A stretch of DNA of 64,000 bases from Lactobacillus mulieris. GTDB taxonomy: Bacteria > Bacillota > Bacilli > Lactobacillales > Lactobacillaceae. Made by a program: the position numbers and the translations under genes. The stretch is taken from assembly GCA_022756575.1 (NCBI GenBank), contig JALBSH010000002.1, positions 556-64,555 of the forward strand, written 5' to 3'. A model generated the notes under the pieces. That model worked only from the letters and a program-made list of their open reading frames with translations, did no database searches and was not told where the DNA came from. Shown here one piece after another: positions 54,601 through 62,700 of this stretch. Position 1 is the first letter of the stretch, and the number at the start of each line of letters is the position of its first letter.

Positions 54601-55376
54601 GTAAAGACATCAATTTACCAAGCACTTTGCAAACTTCAATCAGCCACGCTGGTGATACTACAGTTACCCAAACTGAAATTGATAATGTAGTTAATGGTAT
54701 TAAGGCAGCAGTTGGTGACAAGTACAACTTTATTAACACCACGACTGATGAAGATGGTACTGTAATTGTTCACTTCACTCACAAGACTAGTCCAATAACT
54801 GCAACTGATACTGATGAAGCAACTACCAAGGAAATTACCAGAACAATTAAGGTTATTACTCCAGATGGTAAGACTACAGAAACTAAACAAACCGTAACTT
54901 ACTCCAGAACTGTAACAACTGATAATGTAACTGGTCAATCAACTACTGGTAGTTGGACAACAACTGATAAGTGGAATAGTTACGCAGTTCCAACTATTGA
55001 TGGCTACACCCCAAGTCAAAACAATATTGAAGAAAAGATTCCTTCAATAGATGATAAGGACGAAATTATAACTATTACTTACGTAAAAGATGCCATTCCG
55101 AAGCCTTCTGACAACAAGAAAGATGGAAATAACTCTAACAGTTCTTCAGATTCTATTCCTAATAAACCTTCAGAATCCAAGAATGCAACCCCAATTGATA
55201 AAAAGAGTTATTCAAAATCATCTTCAAGTCGTTATCAAGCTGCAAAACTTAGAAATGCAAATCGTTTACCTCAAACAGGTAATAATAATGAAGCTGCAAC
55301 AGCAGCAGGATTAGCAGCTGTAACAGTTTCTGGCTTGATGTCACTTCTTGCTACAAAGAAGAAAAAGCGTCATTAA
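39609..55376 (+). CDS. Giant sortase-anchored adhesin, 5255 aa (YSIRK-type signal, FIVAR-like helix bundle, unique N-region, about 20 Mub/MucBP-like repeats, LPQTG)
   Basis: FGFRKFSVGLTSV signal and DKTDLQK...ASQTEVDSAL..LKQA. Repeated 'KTVTRTI...QTV.F.R.A..D..T..V.Y..W' units. LPQTG at 55266-55280, then TM and KKKKRH. Confidence 0.93.
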   Translation: MGVSKNNFRNKMEQSSRQVQHFGFRKFSVGLTSVLLSTSLYFGFMGAGAQAATTPLSQTSSESTEQTSSASSSSARSELNKEVLSSSTSSASSSVKSADKTDLQKLYDEIVKSEEKNQLASQLTSVKSILNNESASQTEVDSALASLKQAYIKALSDNAKKQEQANAQASETKVAKQTQETQPVVKDNSLSVTKVANQDNATVAALTTNLAAQASNSNAANTATNNDAGAESEAISTSETAPNGIDQVAKQTAATTVTNANEVVTSSDQTQNRSKREAVTNAEADKSTTGSTIQGRNIKVTFLGGNQFYASSDGDDQPTGAVNPGVDVDQGYYVAAVSFQGKAGDTVKITLPYVKGFSPSKLGAQADLPASVTSQKEETITGEDGRQYLVETYNLTNNIESLVTVYFQYQNQGVWIVSGKDSAKIYNLSASDIGDKTYQIKAVIGSGEDPEKDKDKQESSADFTTHIKENFTFARMSNDSSLVAGSGQDPYPDGTPKVIAGKEFSTFLHVWDNVSLPANNGQANYWGIYGGTNLGTTITIPTPEGYQIDAVGTMNVNGWDSKGYHITQDGPGKDIIIQIDSGYGIMYQDTPQASYRILGRFTQAIPDFDTRVWASGPIHVEKTNSYDSTGKKVTISYTGDSTWNETIMGQDSIDKAKKASQTAIDPDTGMPKEASSIAGNYGSVNSYKVPKRKSEKLFLDAEPDDNEGSFRFDTGTAQSFTTKDGNPTLYFTFDKKLNVYKLSTPNAAFMQGTNFINNYHYTLTRADGSTQTGKIDAGGIIENANPTSAIVSIVLTPDQVSSASIVNHYFDKHNQYTFYGRVVNKNLATGETKSNVGDKLTATFQFRSTTAQGVVINSPIAKLTQTVDETEASLKFEALPDTSVQAGDLQGWTIRGLYDDSSKTASGYSSYEPIIYYVLPKGITYRNAPGLAAGNFTAGGNTAIPKVSTFVNSQGEQVIKVDYTGTKSYYTWPKDKSGINDQYTIGAVPGLDVLAGNYKGSVYIKSTTPMDSTLNPKATSDDAKNLLDLAGDATNLYHVSDLTFKVNSGDIVNTVTSAKVDNGAWSDVVKTDVNPTHFKDHTISFGWTLNNQASDGVKGIVSVAEVPQIDKHGNSMNFQLTGPITLPSNLTNAKAYYYTGDFNMDNTEVSGKPDLSQWQTADQITDWSKVKYVAIAIDSLPPKSSSGRIEITGYITQSRYSNAGTAFLPTITYTKKPDNTDNGPLSILTKTNTDGRRRAAEVDATVMDSLDVKAVFPSDSGIADIDLGRGPVYTPNAGEVYTESDYPDSMADGKIPAGWKLDKKVLVGKDGQEYAWGSSVFYAITGEPYFTDLHVEFRYVHNQRVITPGDFPDKDKSDPVDGITYRDVVKTVTRTIRIHKTDGTIETVTQPVDFYRTITYDEVDKKIIATSAYKPDDSLWAAYNVPSVQDKVIVYTKTIDGKTTDPTIISDGNVPEETIDSNTNDEFVDVYYQNPGTKKPDAQKTVTRTVVVNFPAGYSVDATALKANDGNGVTTTVNGQTVTRTYTTTMTRTVSLKSDGTWQTTDWQYTDRNWPDVTNGSDLLPAITKYTPTVTDNIKKTTVDSINAETVDENTQNESFTIDYVQNGVIQIVAVDKSSNNKPIALGDLTTTMEGKDGSNIDQTTLNGYIDAIKQRLAGQNYKFDSQTPTSNPTTYADQTITLYFTHNTQDFTPDNKPSDAEDLEKTISRTITVNFPDEAHAQAFAGQAGYTVNGKSVTRTDTASFTRTATKDLVTNTYTYSPWVVKGTSQASATLPGLNYGEAFLPEISRYAPNRSSVSSVSVDDAYIKAGTTPESVTISYAPVSSTFQVVLEDQDDGNKVVKAFIFNNKVGETHTYSDTEKSLPANYEWADENNKLGDSITLSDTTPAVTVYYVKHMHKTTTGTKDVTRTVDGTKPDGSAINYSDKVTFNYTTDTDLVNGKTTTKYDHDSQSFNAVADDVAPATINGYTRVLNGGSLDAQTVTPNSSDINVHVSYIANDQKILIKAYDVHNNSKTELAIPRGIMTSIIGKSKAVVDTSEVQAAIDAIKQYLESNGYTMITKDPVIPQNYDSDDKVDQIIELDFDHKTDVVDHDHIPDGSPIKKADLETTVKRTVTVHNTDGSTQTVSQDFIATRTANYDPVTKTVISYNPWSGSSDTYTISPQKGYKSRWTTRFGEGATIAAKSGDSDYQVVPAYDVDAQHITADTVPGENVDVYYDAQDATRTIKYQDKDTGKIVGSFDSDPAKVGTQVDVDIKGHVPDGYELTPNIEVPSQVAITSDNVPVVVSVQRKGTTYTYTDKNLPTGITADDLQKTVHRQIIEHLTSAGQEHDKYINQDANFVRTVTVYPATADQPQKVVFGDWTPKTDADSIFSEKAIDQVDGYISVYVDSDGVTGHPITVVPSQVVAKSNGVPIDADTFHVYYRKVSTVPEGNIPDGTTKKDGTKLTDADLGTDIIRDIYETAPGTTEPKLIKEQRVRLTRDALVNQFTHEVIGYSDWRVNSEYNKAHTADGYDDTLPDYTPTAYAGYTPSVAQVTPIIQIDNNTPHLIKVYISYNNQKRTQVINYVDSATGKTVRSQTITGVSGQDSSENLEIPAGYEQDTAKPAENVTFSQDGQSIVAHFQDKDLPTGTIYVKASQDTYTQDNVPANLRDQVVKEVTRTITVNRPGDKTPQVIKQTVIFHRTIKFDKVTGQVIPDTATAWLTDDNNASGTWEEYDAPTITGYVPTTATVASQTVTAETPNSDITINYTDNTQNLKLKAVDDANNESEITIPSGLTTEIKGTSSTPVDQDKLQGAIDKIVKALEDQGYKFAGNNTIDTYDDDSKTDQWITIHFTHQTEDDDQGQLPEGVTPEDLTKTITRTIHVQGEPTKSSHDETQTITATRKAIYDKVAKKITGYTDWTGSIPVFNVNQYTGYTSQVDGKDAKEVASVTIDNNTPSTLESTVTYKAGEATQTINYVTEDGTKVGTTSMSGNVGTVLGSGVVDKINGNVPSGYELVPGQNFTSYENNKFTTDDNPINVYVKVTGNTISHDGTKPDGVTDDQWNGRNKTVTRTIKFFNADGTEDTTKTITQTINLGADVLYDNVNKKFLGYTNWRIISGSWNSEDLTEKTPAGMDATIDGHITTYVPSGAVDVNNPQNQEVDVHFKAKDGLSFTVQYQTDSGVILKSYTIKGKANQQGVALAEGTTTIPDGYSVEAKSQAAYDALKSGNHNFGTSDETVVIYVQSAGTHNVGPDDPSKLPSGVTVSDLKKTVTRTATIHKTDGTTEDLTAQTVDFTRQAIVDDATGAFKGFTAWTPENGTWADETSQVPDVAGYTTVNKNKLGQVTVTGDMEDQHVDVFYVDSTQKAKIEAYTTDGTQLTIPSSYTTEISGKSGSGIAGKTINDIISYFKGEGYSFDHQDVDTYDTDSNVEQTVKLYFTKGEKNYDSNTPDSDLPKNVNIPGETSPRDLTHDDLYKTVTRTITTETPDGKSSSFTQTVVATRTATVDQTTKNVTFSSWNYSNDGQFASYDVPQLTGYTSTVNGTAATTVASASAKDGNGNPINGDAVTIKYTGNTTTLNPDDKGDVTIPDGTKKGDGTTGLEKKDLYVTSTRTINVYNTDGSAIDHTETQSVTYKRTATLDANKKVIGYSDWELVGKDKTWAAYTISVPQGYTSDSGSQIAEFTPGPGTQDVTINVKFVPETKQVEITYTYTNPKTEEKTVVDTDHAPITTGKETTITPQPPTGYDVDPSAQIPKTVTTKDGSTKTDDKGQTSPIDTPINIPVVQHVDTYSEGNVPEGTKKSDGTPITNSDLAADVTRTITINIPGQDAKTIKQGPVHMTRTVSINRATGEVTFGNWSANGSFDTYSDVPTIDGYTASQTSVATVTPDDPTKNYDVVINYTPNTANITYSAVDRENGTDSPLDVSDLDVTVDNSKGRSEADIKKDTDSVISAIKGKFLAQGYKYVTIEGTKLVFTKDTESKSTIPSGTTDTTGKEVTDKDLTQSFTRTINVKGVDGNVTTYKQTVTGHRQAIIDKTSGKVTGYTDWVYDNNDTYDQFGISQVKGYTSYVGTNSDYSDGSQKTFVEEVTNVNSDATVYVHYEKDQNDANAQIIFKDVDSGNQVGTTQEVTGPSGESKEFDLTAPAGYDFVDSSDAKKNITFSSDGKTIIVPVYVKHHTDTIGPKDTPDEATKKLITQSLTGNATRTITVHKVDGTTTTETQTVAMHRSAIIDRASGTVTYTAWEADDPQNASFAEYAPDKVAGYTTLVDGAPKDTVASETPTSPVNETVNVTYKASQKSAEIRYVDSKTQQVIKTDVVTGIPGQKVTNISTSVPTGYVLDDGQNVPTEIDIAAGDQATDPTIVYVHQETQTLTDEDAKKQGVLDSDLHRTVTRTVIINEPGKDSKTYTQVAHFNRQAILNKATGAITYTAWTSEDSHFDAISIPTVAGYKSTVAADDASVAAKDVTAEDRDSFVVVNYIAGDQDLTIRLHDVTDSSKSVDIAIPAGVTSVFHGKSGAPIYSADLRTAISKIKDELAKQGYQYVGEDMPIDYDTDSSVMQYLDMNFKRISDTIGPNDPVPSDIKKDDGSNLSHDDLTKTVTRTIYATDPQGNTTHFTQTVVVTRTATIDMNTKKVTGFSAWSSASFDEYSVPQYKDYTAHVDVDSDESGNVAGRAVTSAEIAAGHAADVHITYTSNTQDATPTKIPEGATKSDGTPLTKDDLEKTVTRTIHFVDENGNKVADDSVQSVTFSRTAKLDKNGKVISYSDWTQSGNWDDVTSPEKAGFKATVATIPAVALTPETAHDVDITVTYKPDRVIGHIKFVDDKTGALVSDKIVDAKAGQNGVATNASVPEGYEIAADSAVKSVPETMDFGATDHADVIIKVSQKVDDIDPDHIPDGAKKSDGTPLTKDDLEKTITRHIHFEYPASYKGTKDADFDQTVTIKRTAQYNQATKTVIFGDWNTATLENYKPADREGLVTPGEVPALTVDENSQDSTVTLTYTTKTASMNFKAHDDTTGKDINLPSTLQTSISHAGDTTVTQTEIDNVVNGIKAAVGDKYNFINTTTDEDGTVIVHFTHKTSPITATDTDEATTKEITRTIKVITPDGKTTETKQTVTYSRTVTTDNVTGQSTTGSWTTTDKWNSYAVPTIDGYTPSQNNIEEKIPSIDDKDEIITITYVKDAIPKPSDNKKDGNNSNSSSDSIPNKPSESKNATPIDKKSYSKSSSSRYQAAKLRNANRLPQTGNNNEAATAAGLAAVTVSGLMSLLATKKKKRH
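43620..55095 (+). repeat. Degenerate Mub-type B1/B2 domain array (about 190 aa per unit) in adhesin 1
   Basis: Recurrent TVTRTI / GY / V.Y motifs. A 32-nt exact duplicate at 53691-53722 and 54264-54295 (573 nt apart). Confidence 0.85.
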
Positions 55377-55402
55377 TAAATTGGCTCTTATGTTATGAAC
55401 TA

Positions 55403-55440
55403 GAAAAGGTATTAAACGTTTAGCGTTTAATACCTTTTTT
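55403..55440 (+). terminator. Adhesin 1 terminator
   Basis: AAAAGGTATTAAACG-tttag-CGTTTAATACCTTTTTT. Confidence 0.9.
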
Positions 55441-55784
55441 CTATATGAATTAATTATTCGAAATAATATGTTGACAAAACTAATCTATTTTAAGTTTTTC
55501 AAAAAAATACTTAATCGAAATATTGAAATGATTTTATATATAGGTGTACAATTTTTCTTGTACATAACATTTATATTTATATTTTCTAGGGGAAGGATAA
55601 AAATAATATTTATAGCCATGTTTATATTTGTATATAATATGTTCTGGCAATAAGTTATTGCATAACATAAAGGGGTAATACAATTCTCGGGGGTTATTTA
55701 TTGAGAATGGTTACTATATGTAGTAAATCTTATTTTAGAAAATTTTTATCGATGAGCTTAATAATATAAAAATATTTTTGTTAG

Positions 55785-55821
55785 TGCTATAATTAGTCTA
55801 GAATCTTGTAAGCAGTTTATA
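55785..55821 (+). promoter_or_regulatory. Extended -10 promoter of adhesin 2 with weak cre-like box
   Basis: TGcTATAAT (55785-55793), then TGTAAGCAGTTTATA at 55807; same geometry as adhesin 1. Confidence 0.5.
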
Positions 55822-57284
55822 CCTAACATAGGTATACCGCTATATTATATATTTTTATGTGGATTCGAATATAATTAATGATAATGGGCTTTAAGCTCGT
55901 GGGAGGTTATCATGGGAGTTTCAAAAAATAACTTCAAACATAAAATGGAAGAGTCTGCCAATAGAGTGCAGCACTTTGGCTTTAGAAAGTTTTCTGTGGG
56001 ATTAACAAGTGTTTTACTTTCTACAAGTCTTTATTTTGGTGTATCTAACTCTGTTGCAAAAGCAGATACAGTAACAGATAAAAATAATACTCAAGTTGCA
56101 ACTGTTAATAAGCAACAGCAGGACAATGACGTTGAGCAAAAGTCAACGCTTACTAGTGCGAACTTAAACACTAGCCAAGAAAAGACGACAGCAGCTACTA
56201 CAACTGCCACAGATGCTTCAAGCACCGGCAAGAATGAAAGCGCTAATATTACAAACAGAACAGAACAAACAAGTTCTAATAAAGAAAAGAAAGCCACTCA
56301 AACTGCAGCAAGCACTACTACGCAAGTATTAAATAAAGATACTAATGCAGCAACAGCAACTCAGACTCGCTATAGGCGCGACTTGCTTGAAGCAAGCGCA
56401 GTAGAAAATACTGCAGCTGAAAACGAGATTCAAGTAACCAGTAACGATCAACGGGGAGATGTAACGCCGGCGATACGGTTGATGGTCAAGCCCTTGATCC
56501 GACTAAATTCAACCTTGTTGTTCGTTATGTAGACGCTGATTATGCGAAGGGTACTGGCTCAAGTTCTTATGGTGGTCGGCTCTTAAAAACAAAGGTTTAT
56601 GCGGTTGATGGCGATACTACCCCGCCAATTGTCGGGTTGACTGATGGTCTTGATTTTACTCACTATCAATCAAATGCAACAGTTACTGACTCTTACACTT
56701 ATGACCCCTGGAATGATACAAATGGCACTTACCGGATTCTTACCTATGAACTTGATCACAGGACAATTGCCATTCCAGCTGATTTGAGTGCTGACCTCCC
56801 CAAGGGGACAGTAATTAAAGTTTCAGAAGATGGGACGACTTACGATCCAAATGGGACTGCAATCAGTGGGATTGATGGGATTCCTGAAGCCCGGACAACC
56901 GAAAGTTTTAGCAAATCATTACTAACTAACCAATTTACAGATGAGGTTTACGTCACAAAAGATGGTGTTCGGCGCATTGACAGGAGTCTATCCACCCGGC
57001 AACAATTTAAGGTTAAATGGAATTTGGATTTAGTTACTGGGAAGTTTGACGTTGATAGTCAGAATTCGATCACCGATCTAAATGGTAAAACATTAGCGTA
57101 TGTTGGTGCGACTGCTAAGCAAATCCCCCAATATCCTGGCTACAAAGCATACTTTGTAGTAAACGGAGTACGAACACCAGCCACTTCAATTGCTGCGAAA
57201 AGCGTTGTTGTCGGTAAGGATACTTTGACAACAGTTAATGGCCTTAAGCAGTTAACATATACAGAGGACATTGTATATGTTGCC

Positions 57285-60200
57285 GATGGGCAAATTTTGA
57301 ACTTTAAAGCCGTTGACGATGATGAAAATGATGCGGATATTACCAGCAAGATTGGCAGTGCAATTGCCACCCAAATCACTGGTGATAGTGGTCAAGCCGT
57401 TGATTTAAAGCAAGAACAATCCTACATCGATGCGATTCGCCGGGTTCTGGATGCGCAAAACTACCAGTACGTTTCAAATGACGCCTTGGTAACGACTTTT
57501 GACGATGATATGTCAACCAATCAGACGGTTACAATCCACTTTAGCCACAAGCACGGGGATGTTGTTGAAAGTCAGCCAATTACTAGAACGATTAATCTTC
57601 ACCAACCGGACGGCACCACCGTTAAGACTGAAGTTCAAAATGGGACTGCTACCCGGACTAACACGAAGGACTTAGTGACTGACACTGTCTTAACTTACGG
57701 CAAATGGAGCGGTGGTCTAACTCAATACCAAATTCCACAAATTGAAAACTACGTCAGTCAAGTAGATAATAACGGTACTCGCGTTGATCAGTCATCAATT
57801 GATGGCACCAGTTTTAGTGACCAAGACAGCGTGCCAAGTTATGATGCAATTGATGTATATTACCGGACTGTACCAGCTTACACTGTTGTTAACTATAAAG
57901 ACGCTGATGGTAACATTATTAAGACTGAAAACGTTGGTGGTAACGTTGGTGACAAGAAGACAATTACTGCTGACGAAGTTCCAGATGGCTATGAATTAGT
58001 TCCTGGTCAAGACACTTCAAAAGAAGTTACTTTAAGCGGCGATAACCCAGGTCAACCAAAGACCCCTATCGTCTTCAACATCCAGCAAAAAGTTGTTAAG
58101 GTTACCCACGACGCTCCAAAGAATGCCGGTGACATAATTGAAAAGAGCTTCACTTACCCACAAGGTGTCAGTGAAGAAGATTTAAACCGGACTGCTACTA
58201 GAACGATTAATGTAATTGACCCTACAACTGGCAAAACAACTACTTCTAGTGAAAGTGTTAAGTTCTACCGCGACGCTACAGTTAATGAAGTAACTGGTAA
58301 GATTGTTTACACTGATTGGCAAATTGCCAGTGACTCACCTCAAAAGTCCTGGTCAGCATTCACTACCCCTACAATTAAAGGATACACACCAACCATCGCT
58401 AGTCTTGACGCAGAAACTCCAACTGCCGATACTGGTGATAAAACTTACACGATTACTTATCAAAACCAAACCTACACCACTCACGTAACCTTTAAAGACG
58501 CTGATGGTACTGTTTTACGTACCCAAACTATCACTGGTGTGACTGGTACTACTGCTAGCGTTGATCAAAAGTTACCAGCTGGCTACAAGTTAAAAGACGG
58601 TGAATCAATTCCTACTTCAATCACCTTTAATGGTGATCCAATTGCGGACAAGGAAGTTACTTTAGAACATATTGTTGAGACTTTAACTGATAAGACACCA
58701 GATTTACCAAATGGTTATACTAGTGCTGACTTTAAGCGGACTGTTACTAGAACCATTAATGTTTACTCAACTGATGGACAAACCATTACCAAGACAGTTC
58801 CACAAACGGTAACCTTCACGCGGACAGCTACTTACGATAAGGCAACTAACCAAATTACCTTTAATAATTGGTCAGTTAGTGATGGAAATGCCAACTTTGC
58901 TGAAGTTGACGCTGACCCAATCAGTGGCTACACCGCTACCACCAAAGCTAGCGCAGTTACTGTGACTGAAGCTGACGGCAACTCAACCGTTAACATCTAC
59001 TACACTCCAAATGATAGTAAGGTTGTTTTTGAAGCTTACGACCAAGCTAGTGGAAAAGATGTAAAGATTGATTTAGATAGTATCGCAACTAACACTGACT
59101 TAGCTGGTAAGGTTGACCAAGCTGTTAATGCAGAAGATGCTAGTTCACGTGAGACTGCAATTAAGAACTTACTTACTAAGCTGGGCTACCAATACGTTGA
59201 AAACTCAGCTACCCCTACTCCAAGCAAGTTCACAGCTGATCCTCAAACAATTAAGCTTTACTTCACTCACCAAACCAGTGAAACTCCAGAAGACAAGATC
59301 GTTACTCGGAAGATTAATATTCCAGGAGAAAACGGTAAGACCATTGAAGTTACTCAAACCGCTACTGTCCACAGAACCAACACTACTGACAAGGTAACTG
59401 GAACTACTACTCCAGGTGAATGGTCAGAAGCAGAATTTCCTGAATATGATGCAAGTCAAGTTGATGGCAAAACTACTTATGTAGATGGTAAAGAAACAAC
59501 TACTGTTCCAAGTGAAGCCGTCAAAGTTGTTAATGGCGTTCCTCAAAACGGCGATGATGTAACTGTTACTTACGAAGCAAATCCTGGTACTCAAACCATC
59601 AAGTACGTTGATGAAAAGGGTAATCCGGTTAAGTTCAGTGATAGTAGTGAAGACCAAGTAATCTCCGGTAAAGTTGGCGAGATTAAGGAAGTTAACACAA
59701 CTATTCCTGATGGTTATGAATTAGTACCTGGTGAAACTATTCCTGGTGCAATTGACATTAAGAAGACTGATTCGCCAATTATCGTAACCTTAAAGGCTAA
59801 GACGGTTACTGTAACTCCAGACAAGCCTCAAAATGAAGGCAGCGAAATTCCAGATAACCCTGGTAAGACTTTCCCTAAGGGAGTTAGTGAAAGTGACTTA
59901 AACAGAACCGTTACTCGTAAGATTATTGAAGATAAGCCAGATGGTTCAGTCACAGTTAGTGATGAAAGTGTTAAATTCACTCGTACTGCTACTGTTAACA
60001 TAGCAACTGGCGCAGTAACTTACAGTGAATGGACAGTTGTTCCAAATACTAACAACAAGTTTAGTAAGTATGTCTTAGGTGCAAGCGATCAAGTTGCAGG
60101 TTACACTGCAAGTAGAACTATGGTTGACGAATCAACTCCAAGTGTTGAAGCTGGCGACCAAGAAATTCACATTACTTATGCTAAGACTGACCACACGACG

Positions 60201-62530
60201 ACCATTAACTACGTTGATGAAACAACTGGTAATATCGTTCATCAACAAGTTGTAACAGGTCAGACCGGGGAAACTAAAGACGTTGCTAGCGAAATTCCTG
60301 CCGGCTATACAGTTGCAAAGGACTCAAGCGAGCCAACAACTATTACTTTTGATGGCAATTCTCCTGCAACCGACACCAAGACTGTTAAGCTAGTTCACAA
60401 GACTACGACTTACACTGGCGATGAACCAGAATTACCAAAGGGTGTTGTAAAGACTGACTTGCAAAGAACGGTCACTCGGGTAGTTACAGTTTATGAACCA
60501 GATGGTCAAACTGTTCAATCAACCCATACTGATCAAGCCACTTTCAAACGGACTTTAACTGTTGACCAAGTTACTGGCGACTTTACTTGGAGCCCATGGA
60601 CAACGAGTGACAACACTACATTTGCTGCAGTTCAAGGAACTGAAAAGACAGGTTATGTTGCTCAAAGCACCCCAGCAGTCACTGTTAACGAAAATAGTGG
60701 AGATATGAAGATTGATCTTTACTACACTCCACTGACTCAAAAGGTGACCGTTGAGGCTTACGACAACCAAACGGGCCAAGAAGTTCAATTAACTATTCCT
60801 GCTGGCTTTGGTAAGGAAATCACTGGTAATACTAATACTGATGTTCCAGCACAGAGTTTGAACGACTACATCAATGCCTTGAAGGAATTCTTTGGCGACA
60901 AGGGTTATACTTTTGTATCTCAAACTACTAACCCAACTAACTTTGGTACGACTGATCAAGTAGTTAAGTTAATCTTTAACCATAAACCAGTTGATGTATC
61001 AAACACTGATCCAAATGCTAAGAAGACTGTCACTCGGACTATCACCATTAAATATCCTGGTGGCAAAACCCAAGAAATTAAGCAAACTGCAGTTGCTACA
61101 AGAACTGCTACAATGGATCCAGTTACTAAAGTAGTAACTTATGGCGATTGGACTGGTGGCTTTGATGAATATGATGCTCCAAGTTTGCCAGGTTATAAGA
61201 GCCGGGTTGATGGTAATGACGCAGACAAGGTTCCTTCTGTAACTTTCGATAAGACTCATGAACCAAGTGATGCTAATACTACGATTGATTACTACGCTAA
61301 GCCAAGTACCCAAACCATTAAGTACATTAATGACAAGGGTGAAGTTGTTAATACCCAAGTGATTGATGGTGATGTTGGTACAACTCAGAAAGTTACCGGT
61401 GAAGTTCCAGCTGGCTATGAAGTAGCAAAAGGTTTCACAGTTCCAGGCGAAGTAACTATTCAACCTAGTGATACGCCAATCTTAATTCCAATCGTTTCTA
61501 AGACGGTCGAAGTTAGTCACACTGATCCTAAGAACCCTGGTGATGAAATTCCAAATAACCCTGGAAAGACCTTCCCAGATGGTGTTAAGGAAAGTGACTT
61601 AAACAAGACAGTTACTCGTAAGATTATTGAACACAAGCCAAGTGGTGACGTAACTGTTCAGGATCAAGCAGTACATTTTGTACGGGATGCAAAAGTTAAT
61701 GTTGATACTGGTGAAATCACATACACTGAATGGAAAGTTGATGGCAACCGCAGTAAGTTCGACGAATACACTTTAGGTTTAGACGATCAAGTCCCAGGTT
61801 ACATTGCTAGCCGGATTAAGATTGATGCTTCAACTCCAAGTGAAAATGCTGGCGACCAAGTCATTGATATTGACTACCGTCCAATTCAAACTATCAAGTT
61901 CAGAGCAATTGATAAAGATGGTAATGATGCCGAAATTCCACTTAAGAATGCTAGCTTAGCTACTTTGATTTCTGGTGAAGGTAGCGATAAGGTTAATGAC
62001 AAGCAAGTTTACAGTTATGTTCAAGCTATTCGTGCTGAACTTGAACCACGTGGATATGAATTTATCAACTACGATAATATTCCTGAATTAATCAAAGAAA
62101 TTAAAGATGGTATTATCAACATTTACTTCAAACACCAAACTATTCCAGTTGAACCAGGTAAGGGTAAGACTCCAACTGATCCAGTTCGTCCAGATGATCC
62201 AACAAGTCCTAAATACCCTGAAGGTGTTGATAACAAGGATCTTGACACTACTATTACTCGTACTATTAATGTTTACGATGAAAACGATAAGATTCTTCAC
62301 ACTGAAGTTCAAAAGGTTCGTTACCAAAGAACTGGAATTGTCGACAAGGTAACTGGTAAACTTCTTGGCTACACTGATGGTAAGGTAATTGGTACTGATA
62401 CTTGGCCTGCATACACTTATGCTGTGCCAGCAGGTTACCAATTAGTCGATGGCAATGGTTATGTTGTTAAGGCTGACGAAGTCAAGGTTGGTGTAAATGA
62501 CAAGGATGTAACTCTTAAGATGAAGCTTGT
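57285..62530 (+). repeat. Mub-type domain array with about 570-aa higher-order period in adhesin 2
   Basis: P.GVSE.DLN.T.TR.I recurs at about 58155, 59871 and 61572. IP.NPGKTFP occurs at 59847 and 61548 (1701 nt apart). Confidence 0.8.
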
Positions 62531-62531
62531 G

Positions 62532-62700
62532 CCAATCCCACAACCTACTCCGCAACCAACACCACAACCAGGTCCTGATAACAAGCCAAAACCAAGTCCT
62601 GACGACAAGCCTAAGCCAAATCCAGAACCTAGTCCACAGCCAACACCACAACCAGGTCCTGATAACAAGCCTAATACTCCAGAAACCCCTGCCAAACCAG
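62532..62700 (+). repeat. Pro-rich wall-spanning repeat (PQPT / PDNKP)
   Basis: 32-nt exact direct repeat at 62556-62587 and 62640-62671. Confidence 0.85.

Noticed and set aside
55468..55653. 61-aa hydrophobic ORF in the inter-adhesin spacer
   Set aside because: No SD, and the Phe/Ile/Lys richness reflects very AT-rich DNA.
56445..56532. Programmed -1 frameshift or classic phase-variable tract
   Set aside because: No X XXY YYZ slippery heptamer; the longest run is G4, and extending it would add Arg-Cys to an otherwise Cys-free protein.
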